Shown here one piece after another: positions 19,452 to 29,109 of a DNA stretch of 64,000 bases. The stretch spans positions 64,001 through 128,000 of IMG/VR virus record IMGVR_UViG_3300033463_000025; one strand, written 5' to 3'. This DNA is from a virus (lineage: Duplodnaviria; Caudoviricetes). The position numbers and the translations under genes are program-made. The notes under the pieces were generated by a model that worked only from the letters and a program-made list of their open reading frames with translations, was not told the origin of the DNA and searched no databases. Positions within the stretch are counted from its first letter, which is position 1; the number at the start of each line of letters is the position of its first letter.

Positions 19452-19526
19452 TGGCTGGGGAGGCGAGAATCGAACTCACGAATAATCGGGTCAAAGCCGA
19501 GTGCCTTACCGCTTGGCTACTCCCCA
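19452..19526 (-). tRNA. tRNA-Gln(TTG)
   Basis: TGGGGAG acceptor, TCGG-CTTTGAC-CCGA, encoded CCA. Confidence 0.9.
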
Positions 19527-19644
19527 TCAAAGTGTGGTTACGCCACAACCGTTTTGTTACCTTAACTTTTGCCTTGTGCGAACCACACACTCCGATGCTG
19601 AAAATCATTAGAGTTTGTAATTTGAGCCATAAGAATTTCACTTA

Positions 19645-19757
19645 TGGGAGCGTAGGCTGGATTAGGCGGCACCTACCACGCCAGCGAATTTTGACTCTAC
19701 AGTTTTCAAACTGGTCTTTTTACAAGCCTTCTCGTTGAGCCGACTTAATACTACGCT
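19645..19757 (-). ncRNA. tRNA-like RNA (acceptor stem plus CCA, non-canonical interior)
   Basis: AGCGTAG/CTACGCT stem followed by C-CCA; adjacent GCTGG/CCAGC stem. Confidence 0.4.
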
Positions 19758-19976
19758 TTTTCACGTTCCACAATTTTATAATATAGGGGTCAACCTCTTT
19801 CGCAACCTTCCGATACTATCCACACCAAATACGAATTTGTACAGATTCGAGTTTGGCTTGCGCTTGTGGCAAGTTTCCCGTGGCTCTTACCCACACCTCA
19901 ATCTTACGTTTCTTATTATAGCACCATTAACAGCGTTTGTCAATAGCTCTATTGAATTATTTTATAAAATTCTTAA

Positions 19977-20360
19977 TCATTCATTTTGTCCAAGAATAAC
20001 AACAAAATCATCATTATCTTCAGCAAGTAAAGCCATCATATTTCTTGTATCGTCGTCGCAATAATCAACACGCTTTTGAATAATACTAAAACCACGCTCA
20101 AAATATGATTTGCTTGCCTCTAACTCTTCGCAAAACCAGTCCTCATAGTCTTCACCATAGGTATCAAATAAATACTTGCGATAGTCTTCTTCATTCTTAA
20201 ATATACAAGCATCTTCTGTTTCATAATAATACCTATTATTTTCAAAATGAACAAACAATTCGACCATCTTATCAAAATACTTTACGGCAGGATTTTCACG
20301 GTAAGCGATGATAAAACTACTGCTTGAGCTATTTGTTACATAGTCTGTTCTTATTTTCAT
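19977..20360 (-). CDS. 'TNSSSSSF' leader family protein 6
   Basis: MKIRTDYVTNSSSSSF. Confidence 0.85.
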   Translation of the reverse strand: MKIRTDYVTNSSSSSFIIAYRENPAVKYFDKMVELFVHFENNRYYYETEDACIFKNEEDYRKYLFDTYGEDYEDWFCEELEASKSYFERGFSIIQKRVDYCDDDTRNMMALLAEDNDDFVVILGQNE

Positions 20361-20380
20361 ACTATCCTCCGCGTGATTTC

Positions 20381-20932
20381 TTATACTTGTTTATTCCAAT
20401 CAGTAATAGCTTTCTCTCTACTATTTACGAATGAAGTTGTTTCCCAAGCATTACCACATTGACAATTAACCTTATACCCTTTAGATTCATAGCCAGAACC
20501 GTAATCGCCTTCTGATACATAGAGCCATGATGTATTGCATTTAGGGCAAGGTTTGAGCTGTTCTTTAGATTGATTTTTGATATTGCTATCGACAACGATT
20601 CCGACGCAATACAGCTCACCGTCTTCATAGATATTGAACTCGGCGTGTGGCATTTCTGTTTTATAACTCCATGCACAATCGCGTTCTTTATCGCACCATA
20701 CAGCTTCTATAGGTTTTGGCAATCTCTTATCCTCTATAATGCCACCACCAAAACAACCGTATTCGTCACGGAACGCTCCATAGATTTCACAGTTGTCATC
20801 ACTATAACCAGTTACGACAATAAAGCCCAAACTCTTTGCAAGCTCTTCTTCGGCAGGAGATATTTCATTACCGTATTCCCCACCGTTAAGCATTTTTGCA
20901 AAATCATATATAGTCATATCCATATCTATCAC
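20381..20932 (-). CDS. hypothetical protein with C-terminal Lar-like (restriction alleviation) zinc domain
   Basis: EQLKPCPKC...C.CG...EKAITDWN. Confidence 0.6.
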   Translation of the reverse strand: MIDMDMTIYDFAKMLNGGEYGNEISPAEEELAKSLGFIVVTGYSDDNCEIYGAFRDEYGCFGGGIIEDKRLPKPIEAVWCDKERDCAWSYKTEMPHAEFNIYEDGELYCVGIVVDSNIKNQSKEQLKPCPKCNTSWLYVSEGDYGSGYESKGYKVNCQCGNAWETTSFVNSREKAITDWNKQV

Positions 20933-21585
20933 CCCATATGGTTACAGTACAACGATGATACTTTAGCAAGTGATTCTCTTACATAATCGGGAATATAGCA
21001 ACCGTCTTCACCCCAAACAGCATAGTGACCGAATATGCTATATATTACATCTCTGCCTAATTTTCCTTTTATGCTACTGCACGTTAGCTTTTTCGTGTTA
21101 AACCTATAATCTTTTACACAGCAAATATCAGGGTAACACCCACCATCATAGCCGTTATCAAGACAAGGTAAATACCAACCTGCAACGCTGTCCGCCGTGT
21201 CTGTGTCTTTGCTCAAATCGTGAATACTGAAGTCAATATACCATTTCCAATTTTTACCATGCAAAGGCTCAAACTTTTTACGGAAATATGATATGTATTC
21301 ATCATACGTTTCGCATGAATCTATCCAGCTATCATCACACTCTTCGTAAAACAAATCGTATGTTGATATACCATATTTATTTTTAATTCTCGTTTCGTTC
21401 TCATATTTCCAATTCCAATTATCCGCTTTACTGCCATACTTGCTTCTTATCAAATTTGACTTTTCACGATGCTCTCTAAACTTTTCGCGGATAAAAGAAT
21501 AAATATCATCAATAGTCCAGTCATCGCGGCTAATTACGAAAGAAGAACTACTCGAATTTGTTACAAAGTCTGTACGAATTTTCAT
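20929..21585 (-). CDS. 'TNSSSSSF' leader family protein 5
   Basis: MKIRTDFVTNSSSSSF. Confidence 0.85.
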   Translation of the reverse strand: MKIRTDFVTNSSSSSFVISRDDWTIDDIYSFIREKFREHREKSNLIRSKYGSKADNWNWKYENETRIKNKYGISTYDLFYEECDDSWIDSCETYDEYISYFRKKFEPLHGKNWKWYIDFSIHDLSKDTDTADSVAGWYLPCLDNGYDGGCYPDICCVKDYRFNTKKLTCSSIKGKLGRDVIYSIFGHYAVWGEDGCYIPDYVRESLAKVSSLYCNHMG

Positions 21586-21968
21586 TAGCAACCACCCACT
21601 CCTATTACGAGTTTATCATTGTTAATACGGAAGGTATCTAAAAACATATCAAAGTCATTGAGGTAATCATCAGTGTCAATCGTTCTTACATAAGCGATAA
21701 AGTCACCAATCTCAACATTCCAATATCCATTATCAGAAGAAACATAATCAAGAACAATATCCATTAATTCTTCTTTATCTTTCAACCTATCTTTTAACGA
21801 ATATGGCAAATGAGCAAAATAACGCTTCATAGCTTTAACATATCTGCTATACCAATCTTTATCAGATTCAATAAGCTCACGCAGTTCATCACGAGTTACA
21901 TCTTTGCGTTTTGCGATAATGAACGATGAGCTACTTGAATTTGTTACGAAATCAGTTCTAATCTTCAT
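21585..21968 (-). CDS. 'TNSSSSSF' leader family protein 4
   Basis: MKIRTDFVTNSSSSSF. Confidence 0.85.
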   Translation of the reverse strand: MKIRTDFVTNSSSSSFIIAKRKDVTRDELRELIESDKDWYSRYVKAMKRYFAHLPYSLKDRLKDKEELMDIVLDYVSSDNGYWNVEIGDFIAYVRTIDTDDYLNDFDMFLDTFRINNDKLVIGVGGC

Positions 21969-22281
21969 AGAGAGAACCCCTTTCTTCTGGCTTTAGTAAT
22001 ATCCATTTTACAAAAGAAAAAATTGCAACAATTAAAAGTAACAATCCAAATACCAATACCATAAATGCGTCTAATGGAAGAAAAACTATCTGAAACACAA
22101 CTCCGACAATTATTCTTGGTATCAAACGATACTTTTTATTTGATATAAAATAATATGATGATGGTAATGCAGGTGAAATAAATGTATCAATAAAAGGCGA
22201 GTGAGTCAGTTTATATATCATCATCCCGAAAAAAGCGGGAACATAAATAATAATGATTAATTCAAACAAAGTCATCAACAT
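21958..22281 (-). CDS. membrane protein
   Basis: Two to three hydrophobic helices. Confidence 0.7.
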   Translation of the reverse strand: MLMTLFELIIIIYVPAFFGMMIYKLTHSPFIDTFISPALPSSYYFISNKKYRLIPRIIVGVVFQIVFLPLDAFMVLVFGLLLLIVAIFSFVKWILLKPEERGSLYED

Positions 22282-22284
22282 ACC

Positions 22285-22791
22285 TCAATGATGATTATAA
22301 ACACCAACAGTAAAGCCACAACGCGGGAGAATATGATGTTCCAATTCACAACCAACAATATCATCATCGCCAAATGTTACAAGACAAACCAAATCTTTAT
22401 CTTTGATTCTTGCTTTGACTCTTTTTATCTCATCTTGAATACGTTGTTCAATTTCCGCTTTTCCTTCTTCGGTTTTGCTATATTTGTATGCCTCAATATA
22501 AGATGTTCGGTTTTCAATTTCATAGTTATGTCTGACTTCATATTCAGCGTTCCAACGATATTCCTCGTAAACTATCTCATCAATCTTTGCAACATTAAGC
22601 AAACCATTTAATTTATTCTTTAATTCTTCAATAACTGCTGGCTTATACTTTAAATAATCCTCAACAGACCAACAATCCATATAACACTCAACGCTATTCT
22701 GAACTATTTGGTCAATATCATCGCTTGAATTAAACGCTAAAATAAAACTGCTACTGCTACTATTAGTCACAAAGTCTGTGCGGATTTTCAT
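22285..22791 (-). CDS. 'TNSSSSSF' leader family protein 3
   Basis: MKIRTDFVTNSSSSSF, ends YNHH. Confidence 0.85.
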   Translation of the reverse strand: MKIRTDFVTNSSSSSFILAFNSSDDIDQIVQNSVECYMDCWSVEDYLKYKPAVIEELKNKLNGLLNVAKIDEIVYEEYRWNAEYEVRHNYEIENRTSYIEAYKYSKTEEGKAEIEQRIQDEIKRVKARIKDKDLVCLVTFGDDDIVGCELEHHILPRCGFTVGVYNHH

Positions 22792-22816
22792 TTGCAATCA
22801 ACCCCTCTTTTAAAAA

Positions 22817-23191
22817 TCAATGATGACTATAACGTGTCACGGTACAGTATAAATAAGGGAAATATTCATGTTCTAAAAATGATTCTATATCAGTATCATC
22901 TTCAATTTCAATTTTAAAAAACCTATCAAATCCCTTTTTATCAGCAAGTTTTTTAATTCGTTCTACTTCAGCATCGCAATCGCTTCTGTAGTATTCTAAC
23001 ATAGATTTTATATTGTCCGTATCAACAACATCAGAAGCAAACTCAAGCAAATGTTCTACTAAAGTATCAGCAAAATATCTATCAATACTATTTCTAATAG
23101 CATCAAATTTACTATCACATTCTTTTGAATTGTAGCCAATAATAAAACTGCTACTGCTACTATTAGTTACAAAATCTTGTCTAAATTTCAT
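22817..23191 (-). CDS. 'TNSSSSSF' leader family protein 2
   Basis: MKFRQDFVTNSSSSSF, ends YSHH. Confidence 0.85.
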   Translation of the reverse strand: MKFRQDFVTNSSSSSFIIGYNSKECDSKFDAIRNSIDRYFADTLVEHLLEFASDVVDTDNIKSMLEYYRSDCDAEVERIKKLADKKGFDRFFKIEIEDDTDIESFLEHEYFPYLYCTVTRYSHH

Positions 23192-23537
23192 CTAAAATAT
23201 CTCCTAATTCATTATCATCACAATTATACGGATTGCCTGGTAAATCATCTTCATCATAATATATGTGAGAGCTGTCTACTCCAATGGCGCATAGAAAACT
23301 CTCTAAATCAAAATTATCCATTGATGTCCATGCACTAAGATAACGCCCTTCGTCAATAATAGTCCACTCATCTTCAAAATCTGCCCAACCAAAATGATAT
23401 GAACCTCTTTTAAGTAATCTCTTAGCAACCTCAATATGATTTTTGATTGCCCTAATTTGATTTTTAGTTAATCCACGCTTATCAATAATAAAGCTCGACG
23501 ATGATGAATTTGTAACAAAATCTGTTCTGATTTTCAT
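23181..23537 (-). CDS. 'TNSSSSSF' leader family protein 1
   Basis: MKIRTDFVTNSSSSSF, GAGG RBS. Confidence 0.85.
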   Translation of the reverse strand: MKIRTDFVTNSSSSSFIIDKRGLTKNQIRAIKNHIEVAKRLLKRGSYHFGWADFEDEWTIIDEGRYLSAWTSMDNFDLESFLCAIGVDSSHIYYDEDDLPGNPYNCDDNELGDILDEI

Positions 23538-23555
23538 ATGACTACCTCATCAAAA

Positions 23556-23807
23556 TTATTTATCAAATTCTTTCCACTCTATTCTTTTTCCACAATGCCC
23601 ACAATAATTAGAATGTGACCATGACTCTATCGGATATTTACAGCAACTACATTTACCCCAAAACCATTTCCCAAATGCAGTTTGTACTGTATTCATTTCT
23701 TCTGGTGTATTATGAGATATGCGGTAACACTCTGCAATTTCTTCTGTGATATTGTTGATTTCTACTCCTGTGCGAATGTCACGAAACGGATAACTACTAT
23801 TTTTCAT
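23556..23807 (-). CDS. zinc-ribbon protein
   Basis: CSCC...YCGHCGKRIEW. Confidence 0.65.
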   Translation of the reverse strand: MKNSSYPFRDIRTGVEINNITEEIAECYRISHNTPEEMNTVQTAFGKWFWGKCSCCKYPIESWSHSNYCGHCGKRIEWKEFDK

Positions 23808-24064
23808 AAATATATCATCCTCTTTAACAGCTTTATTCCATCGGTATTTAACAGCTTTTCTTTATCCTCATTATCCATGAGCTTTGCATTAACAAGGTAA
23901 TTAACCAAAAAGCTATAATCTCTTATCAAATCTCTGGCGCAAAAGTTTAAATCTTCATATTTACCGAGAGCGTTCCTCAATGCCTGAATCTCATCATATG
24001 GGTTATCATATTCTACGCATGAACCATAATCACCCATAGAAGATTTATAAGTAAGCCTACTCAT
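23804..24064 (-). CDS. hypothetical protein
   Basis: MSRLT...ALGKYED; start moved to 24064. Confidence 0.6.
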   Translation of the reverse strand: MSRLTYKSSMGDYGSCVEYDNPYDEIQALRNALGKYEDLNFCARDLIRDYSFLVNYLVNAKLMDNEDKEKLLNTDGIKLLKRMIYL

Positions 24065-24368
24065 TATCTTCAACCACCATCTTAGAACGTATGCTGTACA
24101 ATCCGCATAGAGCCATTTCAAGTTTTTCAATTCTGCCACGCAAAGACCTAATCGTTTCATCTAAGTCTTTGCCATCAGCCGAATAATAATATCCACGATG
24201 ACAAGAGCAAACCGCAAAACCGTCACTTCTTGCTTCGTTTATATATTGACGAACAGTAAACTCGCTAAGTGAAAATCTGTCACCTAATTCACGACCTATG
24301 ATAGATTTGTCCTTTTCGTTGGCGTAAGTGATAATATAATTAATCAAAGGCATATATCTTTTCATCAT
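24057..24368 (-). CDS. winged-helix protein
   Basis: GRELGDRFSLSEFTVRQYINEAR...RGYYY; start moved to 24368. Confidence 0.7.
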   Translation of the reverse strand: MMKRYMPLINYIITYANEKDKSIIGRELGDRFSLSEFTVRQYINEARSDGFAVCSCHRGYYYSADGKDLDETIRSLRGRIEKLEMALCGLYSIRSKMVVEDNE

Positions 24369-25426
24369 ACACAATCCTTTTCTGCATTGTTGCAAAGTAC
24401 AATTTCTCTGCAAATCGGACAGCCACCAGCACAGCAACCGCGCTTCGGGCAATTCGGACAAGAGTTAGCCAGAGAATATCTAAACTTGTTAAATACTTCT
24501 CCATCCCATGCCTCTTGAATTGTGTGGTTTCGTAGATTAACAAACCATTTAGGATTCTGATTGCCAAAACTACAGGGCATGGCGTTCATATGAGCATCAA
24601 TATACATCGAGAAGCGTCCGCCCTCGCAATAGTCGATACTGTCAAGATTGATTTTTGACGTATTGTTTACGATGCCTGCACAAGAGCAAGAATCAAAACC
24701 GATTTTGAAGTCAAATTTTCCATTGTCTATAATATCGAAAAACTCTTTCACTTTCGGATTGTCGGGCGTTAAGATGTTTTCAATCTTACCTAAACCGATA
24801 GGCTTATAAAGCAGAAAGACAATAGCGTTAATACCCTTATGGAAGCCGTTATTCTTTAAGCGGTCGATAGCATCATCAATACTCTTTGCAGATAAGACGT
24901 AATGGATGTTAGTCTTTACACCAGCCTCGATAAGAAGATTCAATGCTCTTTCGGTATAATCAGCATTGTGCTCAGATACGGCGACCGCGCCACAATACTG
25001 TTTACAAAGCTCCGCCTTTTCTTTTGTAAAAGCGATACCAGATGTAGTAAAGTTCGGTACAACTCCATACTGACGAGAGAGCTTTAAGATTTCTTCAAAG
25101 TGTTCGTGCGTATCAGGGTCGCCAGCTCCACCGAGAGCTACTTGGAACAGCTTGCCTTCTCCCTGTTTCATTATATCTTCGTAATCATCAAGGCTCATAT
25201 TCTCGCCCGTTCTGTCACAAGCCTTTTGGTAACAATCCACTTTACACTTGTGAGCACAAACGCATCTTTCCATTATGCCAATGTCAATAAGCTGTGGGAA
25301 GTTCCGCATAAACGGGTCAACGCCTGTGTCTTTTCCATCCTCAATAACACCTGTTCTCATATAAAAACCTGTGTTCGGGTCAAACTGTTCTACAAACTTG
25401 TTTTTTCTGTCAATATAAACGTTCAT
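24365..25426 (-). CDS. radical SAM protein with SPASM domain
   Basis: CVCAHKCKVDCYQ, ALGGAGDP, FTTSG; C-terminal CEGG...PCSF...CPNC...CAGGCP. Confidence 0.9.
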   Translation of the reverse strand: MNVYIDRKNKFVEQFDPNTGFYMRTGVIEDGKDTGVDPFMRNFPQLIDIGIMERCVCAHKCKVDCYQKACDRTGENMSLDDYEDIMKQGEGKLFQVALGGAGDPDTHEHFEEILKLSRQYGVVPNFTTSGIAFTKEKAELCKQYCGAVAVSEHNADYTERALNLLIEAGVKTNIHYVLSAKSIDDAIDRLKNNGFHKGINAIVFLLYKPIGLGKIENILTPDNPKVKEFFDIIDNGKFDFKIGFDSCSCAGIVNNTSKINLDSIDYCEGGRFSMYIDAHMNAMPCSFGNQNPKWFVNLRNHTIQEAWDGEVFNKFRYSLANSCPNCPKRGCCAGGCPICREIVLCNNAEKDCV

Positions 25427-25436
25427 AACTTACCTC

Positions 25437-26153
25437 TCAAATTTTCCATTGTTTATTTGCATTTTCAAAAATATATGTAAGGCGACGTGGCGCATATTGC
25501 CGTGTCGTCAATCCGTTAATAGCAGACTTCATATCAGCCAACATAACGGAATTAACCTTGCAATCAGAAAGCTGTCCGAGAATAAACAGCTCATCCTTAA
25601 CCTTCCGCCGAGCAATCAGGCGTTCTTTTAGCATCAAACACAGAATGTATGCTTTGTACATATCAAAGTTATTCAACTCAATAAAGTGTTCTATGTCGCT
25701 ATCTTCAAGGTCTATTTCACTTAACGCTTGTCGCAACTTTGTCTTTCGTTCTTCCGCTGTAGTGATAAAGTCAGTTAAAGAATCAACCTCTGCATTTATT
25801 CTATCAATATGAGCACTGTTCAAATCAATGTCCGATATTGATTTTATAGATAACTTTTCAGTTGGCTTTGGAATTTCTTTCTGTACTGGTGTTATCTTTT
25901 CCACTTCAGGCTTTATCTTTTTAATGGTCTGTTCATCACTACTTTCTGTCGTAAGCTCTTTAACGTGATACCTCGCTCTCAAATTCTTATTGATTGAATT
26001 TTGTAGAACGTTCTTGGCTTTATAATAATTATCCCACATCTTTGCTAACATCCAGTTATCAACAGGAATATAATTACCTTGTGCGTCTTCTCTTAGATAA
26101 TGACCATGAGAGTCAACAAGCACAAACTTTCCCAACTTTTCCACCTCTTTCAT
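25437..26153 (-). CDS. coiled-coil hypothetical protein
   Basis: 238-aa ORF, DIEHFIE...RRKVKDE. Confidence 0.75.
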   Translation of the reverse strand: MKEVEKLGKFVLVDSHGHYLREDAQGNYIPVDNWMLAKMWDNYYKAKNVLQNSINKNLRARYHVKELTTESSDEQTIKKIKPEVEKITPVQKEIPKPTEKLSIKSISDIDLNSAHIDRINAEVDSLTDFITTAEERKTKLRQALSEIDLEDSDIEHFIELNNFDMYKAYILCLMLKERLIARRKVKDELFILGQLSDCKVNSVMLADMKSAINGLTTRQYAPRRLTYIFENANKQWKI

Positions 26154-26198
26154 ATCGTTATTTTATCACTCTATTGAGTTATGTTATAAATTATTTTT

Positions 26199-26224
26199 TA
26201 TAGGGGCTGGTTAAGCCCCTATAA
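26199..26224 (-). terminator. intrinsic terminator-like hairpin
   Basis: TATAGGGGCT-GGTTA-AGCCCCTATA downstream of the 26227 ORF. Confidence 0.65.
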
Positions 26225-26226
26225 AA

Positions 26227-27168
26227 TTACACCACGAATGTACTTAATTGTGGTAACAGATTATACATTCTCGCTGGGTTCGCACCGTAATCTCTGAGAT
26301 ACGGAATAAGTACATCATTACTACCTTCACCCGTTACAGCTTTATCAACTACGTCCTTCCCCAACTTACTTACAAGATAATCATACAATCCGCGTTGCCA
26401 CAATCTTGTAGCATTAAATCTTGTATTTGAATACGGGGTAACATCTCTTGAAAACTTAGACCGTGCTCGTAGCACTACATCTTTTAGCGGAATATCCTCA
26501 ATGCTTTCGTCCTTCTCGCTGATGAGTCCCATATAACTTTTATGCCAAGTCAGGTTATAGTATTTACGTCCTCGATATGCTGATACATAAAGCGGCGTAT
26601 AATGTTGCTTCTCAAGCAGTTCCGCCGTTCTATCCGATAAAGTAATAGTCCTTCCTAACAGTTTTATTCTCGGTAAGTCCACCATATCTTCCGTGATACT
26701 ATAAAGCTCATCAAACGATGATATTCCTTCGTAGAACAGTCTAATTGAACACTCTAAATGTTCCGCTGTGCATTTGCCAGACTTGTAGATTTCGTTAATT
26801 ACATACTCAATCTCTTTCTTGTCCAACGGCGACAAGCGTTGTTTTGCACGTTCAAACAATGCTTTTGGCGATAGCTCCGCTTTATTCCACGGATTTCGCA
26901 CAGGCTCGTAAGTGTCAATATAGTATTCAAATACCTGCTTATAGAACCATACATAGGCTCTATACGTTGTTACCGATGTGCCTGGAGGATAAGCGTCCAT
27001 CAATTCGATGCAGTCTTGAACAGTGAAGTCAATGAATTGTTTACCTAATTTTTTCTCGACTTCAAATAGTTCAGGTCGCAAATAGACGTTGCGATTTCTC
27101 CGCACAACCTCATCATTACTTTTGTCGAACACTTCATCAAATAATTGCTGAGTAGAGATAACTGCCAT
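26227..27168 (-). CDS. degenerate tyrosine-recombinase-fold protein, MrpR/YopR-like repressor candidate
   Basis: Core-binding-like N-terminus; RLFYEGISSFDELYSITEDMVD resembles integrase box I but lacks the catalytic Arg; no HxxR. Confidence 0.55.
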   Translation of the reverse strand: MAVISTQQLFDEVFDKSNDEVVRRNRNVYLRPELFEVEKKLGKQFIDFTVQDCIELMDAYPPGTSVTTYRAYVWFYKQVFEYYIDTYEPVRNPWNKAELSPKALFERAKQRLSPLDKKEIEYVINEIYKSGKCTAEHLECSIRLFYEGISSFDELYSITEDMVDLPRIKLLGRTITLSDRTAELLEKQHYTPLYVSAYRGRKYYNLTWHKSYMGLISEKDESIEDIPLKDVVLRARSKFSRDVTPYSNTRFNATRLWQRGLYDYLVSKLGKDVVDKAVTGEGSNDVLIPYLRDYGANPARMYNLLPQLSTFVV

Positions 27169-27243
27169 ACAAATCTCCCCTTTAATTCCATAATAACATT
27201 ATCCACAATAATTGTCAATAGATTTTTTGAATTATTCTATAAA

Positions 27244-27615
27244 TCATATCGCTTGCAAAATAGGAAATTGAATCAGCATCGCTTTCATTATTTCGCCTAC
27301 GATATTCCCTTTTACTTCTCCGATTGGCTTATCCAAATTTTCCATTGGTAATGTACTAATCTGTTCCACCAACAACGTACTTGGCACTCGCAATCCACAT
27401 TCTTTATAATTCCAAATCTCAACGTGAATCGGTAACTTCCGTTTATTCATTTTTGAAGTAATCGGGATAACATTGACAATATCGGCATAAGTGTTATTCA
27501 AATCATTGGAAAGAATAAGCACAGGTCGATAACCACTCTGTACGCTCCCCGCCTTACTCGGCAGTTTGCACAGCCAAATCTGCCCACATTTAGGCTTATC
27601 GTTTTTGCCACACAT
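27244..27615 (-). CDS. PemK/MazF-family endoribonuclease toxin
   Basis: GQIW...GSVQSGYRPVLILSNDLNN...VIPITS...LVEQIST. Confidence 0.9.
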   Translation of the reverse strand: MCGKNDKPKCGQIWLCKLPSKAGSVQSGYRPVLILSNDLNNTYADIVNVIPITSKMNKRKLPIHVEIWNYKECGLRVPSTLLVEQISTLPMENLDKPIGEVKGNIVGEIMKAMLIQFPILQAI

Positions 27616-27759
27616 AAAACCACCTCTCTGCATTGAAATATGTAACACAAATGCAAATGGGTTTTATGCTCGCAATCAGCAATTATCCGTATTTACTTTT
27701 GGTAATTACACATCTCTCCTTTGGCAAAAGTAGTTTCCGTAGCATTATTGGTTTCTGTA

Positions 27760-27975
27760 TTATTCAAGATATTTTGTTTTAAGCTCAACGGGATTCGCCG
27801 CCTTTCCAAGTTTTTCCGCTTTATCATCTACCAGCTTATATAAGAAATATTGACTTCTCTCTATTTTGGAAGTAACAAAATAAGTTGTTCCGTTCGTATG
27901 GTACGTTTCCCACACAATCTCTGTCTTCGGTATTCCCTTAATGGCTTTATTCGGAATAGGGATGCCATCTATCAC
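27760..27975 (-). CDS. hypothetical protein
   Basis: GTG start overlapping the recombinase stop. Confidence 0.6.
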   Translation of the reverse strand: MIDGIPIPNKAIKGIPKTEIVWETYHTNGTTYFVTSKIERSQYFLYKLVDDKAEKLGKAANPVELKTKYLE

Positions 27976-28904
27976 TTAGCTACCCCCTCGGCATAACTGA
28001 ACACATCATTGACAGCTTTAATATGAATTTGCGGGTCAGTAACATTCGCGTTCTGACATCCTGCCTGATATGCCATAGTGATAAGTTCACGCAGGTCGTT
28101 GTTATCAAGCAACATCATGGGCGAGTCTGATTCGGGTGAATAGGTTTTATCACCAAAGATATAATCCTTCCAAAAGTCACCCATATCAGAAGTGTACTTC
28201 TCTGTAGCCTCACGGTCAACGCCTGTATAGCGTCTTGTTACAGCTTCACTTGAATGATTAAAGCCACGGCTTACAATCTGCATAGCATTTGGGTCTGTCT
28301 TATGAAGCTCAATGCTGGTTTTACCAAACGTCTTTCGGGAGCTGTGTGTGCCTAAATTACGTTCGATGTTCAGCTTCTTCATAACGTCCTTCAGCGCATA
28401 CATAGCACCAGAGTAGGACAACACAGAACCTTTGTGCGTTCCAGTAAACTGATAGAACACTTCGCGCTTGTAATCGTCGGTCGCTGGGTCATAACCAACA
28501 GCACAGAGATACTTGCCAATAGCAATCTTGACAGCCTCATTGATTTTTGGGGAAGCATACTTGCCTGTTTTCTGCTCTTTGATAGCCTTCAAGTTTTCTC
28601 TGAAATTACCCGTTTGCGGATTAAAGAAATCTTCCCACGTCAGCTTGCACATATCAGAAAAGCGTCGTGCAAGGTTATAAGACGTAACAAACAGAAGATA
28701 GTGAATCCACTTGTTATTCTGTTCAAAGTATTCTACCACACGCTTAGTGTCTTCGATAGATAACTCGTGAACCTCACAGCTTTTTCCTTTACACTTACTT
28801 GCTTTCTTAGCAACTGGCGTTTCTTCATGCTGAGGGAACAGCTCAATAACATTCCCTCTTGTAACTGTATTCGGATTATAATTTACAATAGCTGGTGCTG
28901 GCAT
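27972..28904 (-). CDS. tyrosine recombinase/integrase
   Basis: Complete catalytic set: RFSD, EQKTGK, HSSRK, HSS, RY; ATG 28904 with AAGGAG RBS. Confidence 0.92.
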   Translation of the reverse strand: MPAPAIVNYNPNTVTRGNVIELFPQHEETPVAKKASKCKGKSCEVHELSIEDTKRVVEYFEQNNKWIHYLLFVTSYNLARRFSDMCKLTWEDFFNPQTGNFRENLKAIKEQKTGKYASPKINEAVKIAIGKYLCAVGYDPATDDYKREVFYQFTGTHKGSVLSYSGAMYALKDVMKKLNIERNLGTHSSRKTFGKTSIELHKTDPNAMQIVSRGFNHSSEAVTRRYTGVDREATEKYTSDMGDFWKDYIFGDKTYSPESDSPMMLLDNNDLRELITMAYQAGCQNANVTDPQIHIKAVNDVFSYAEGVAK

Positions 28905-29109
28905 ATCCTTCAGCTCCTTTCTTAGATTGACTGCATTATACCACAAGGAATAACATTTGTCAATAGGTTTATTGAGTTATTTTATAAAAAGTTTTTCACA
29001 TACATGAATCAAATTTTCCATCAAGCGACTTTTAAACTAAGTTAAAAAAAACGCTATATAGATGTAATATATAATTAATTTATATAGAATACTCTATTAG
29101 TATATAATC

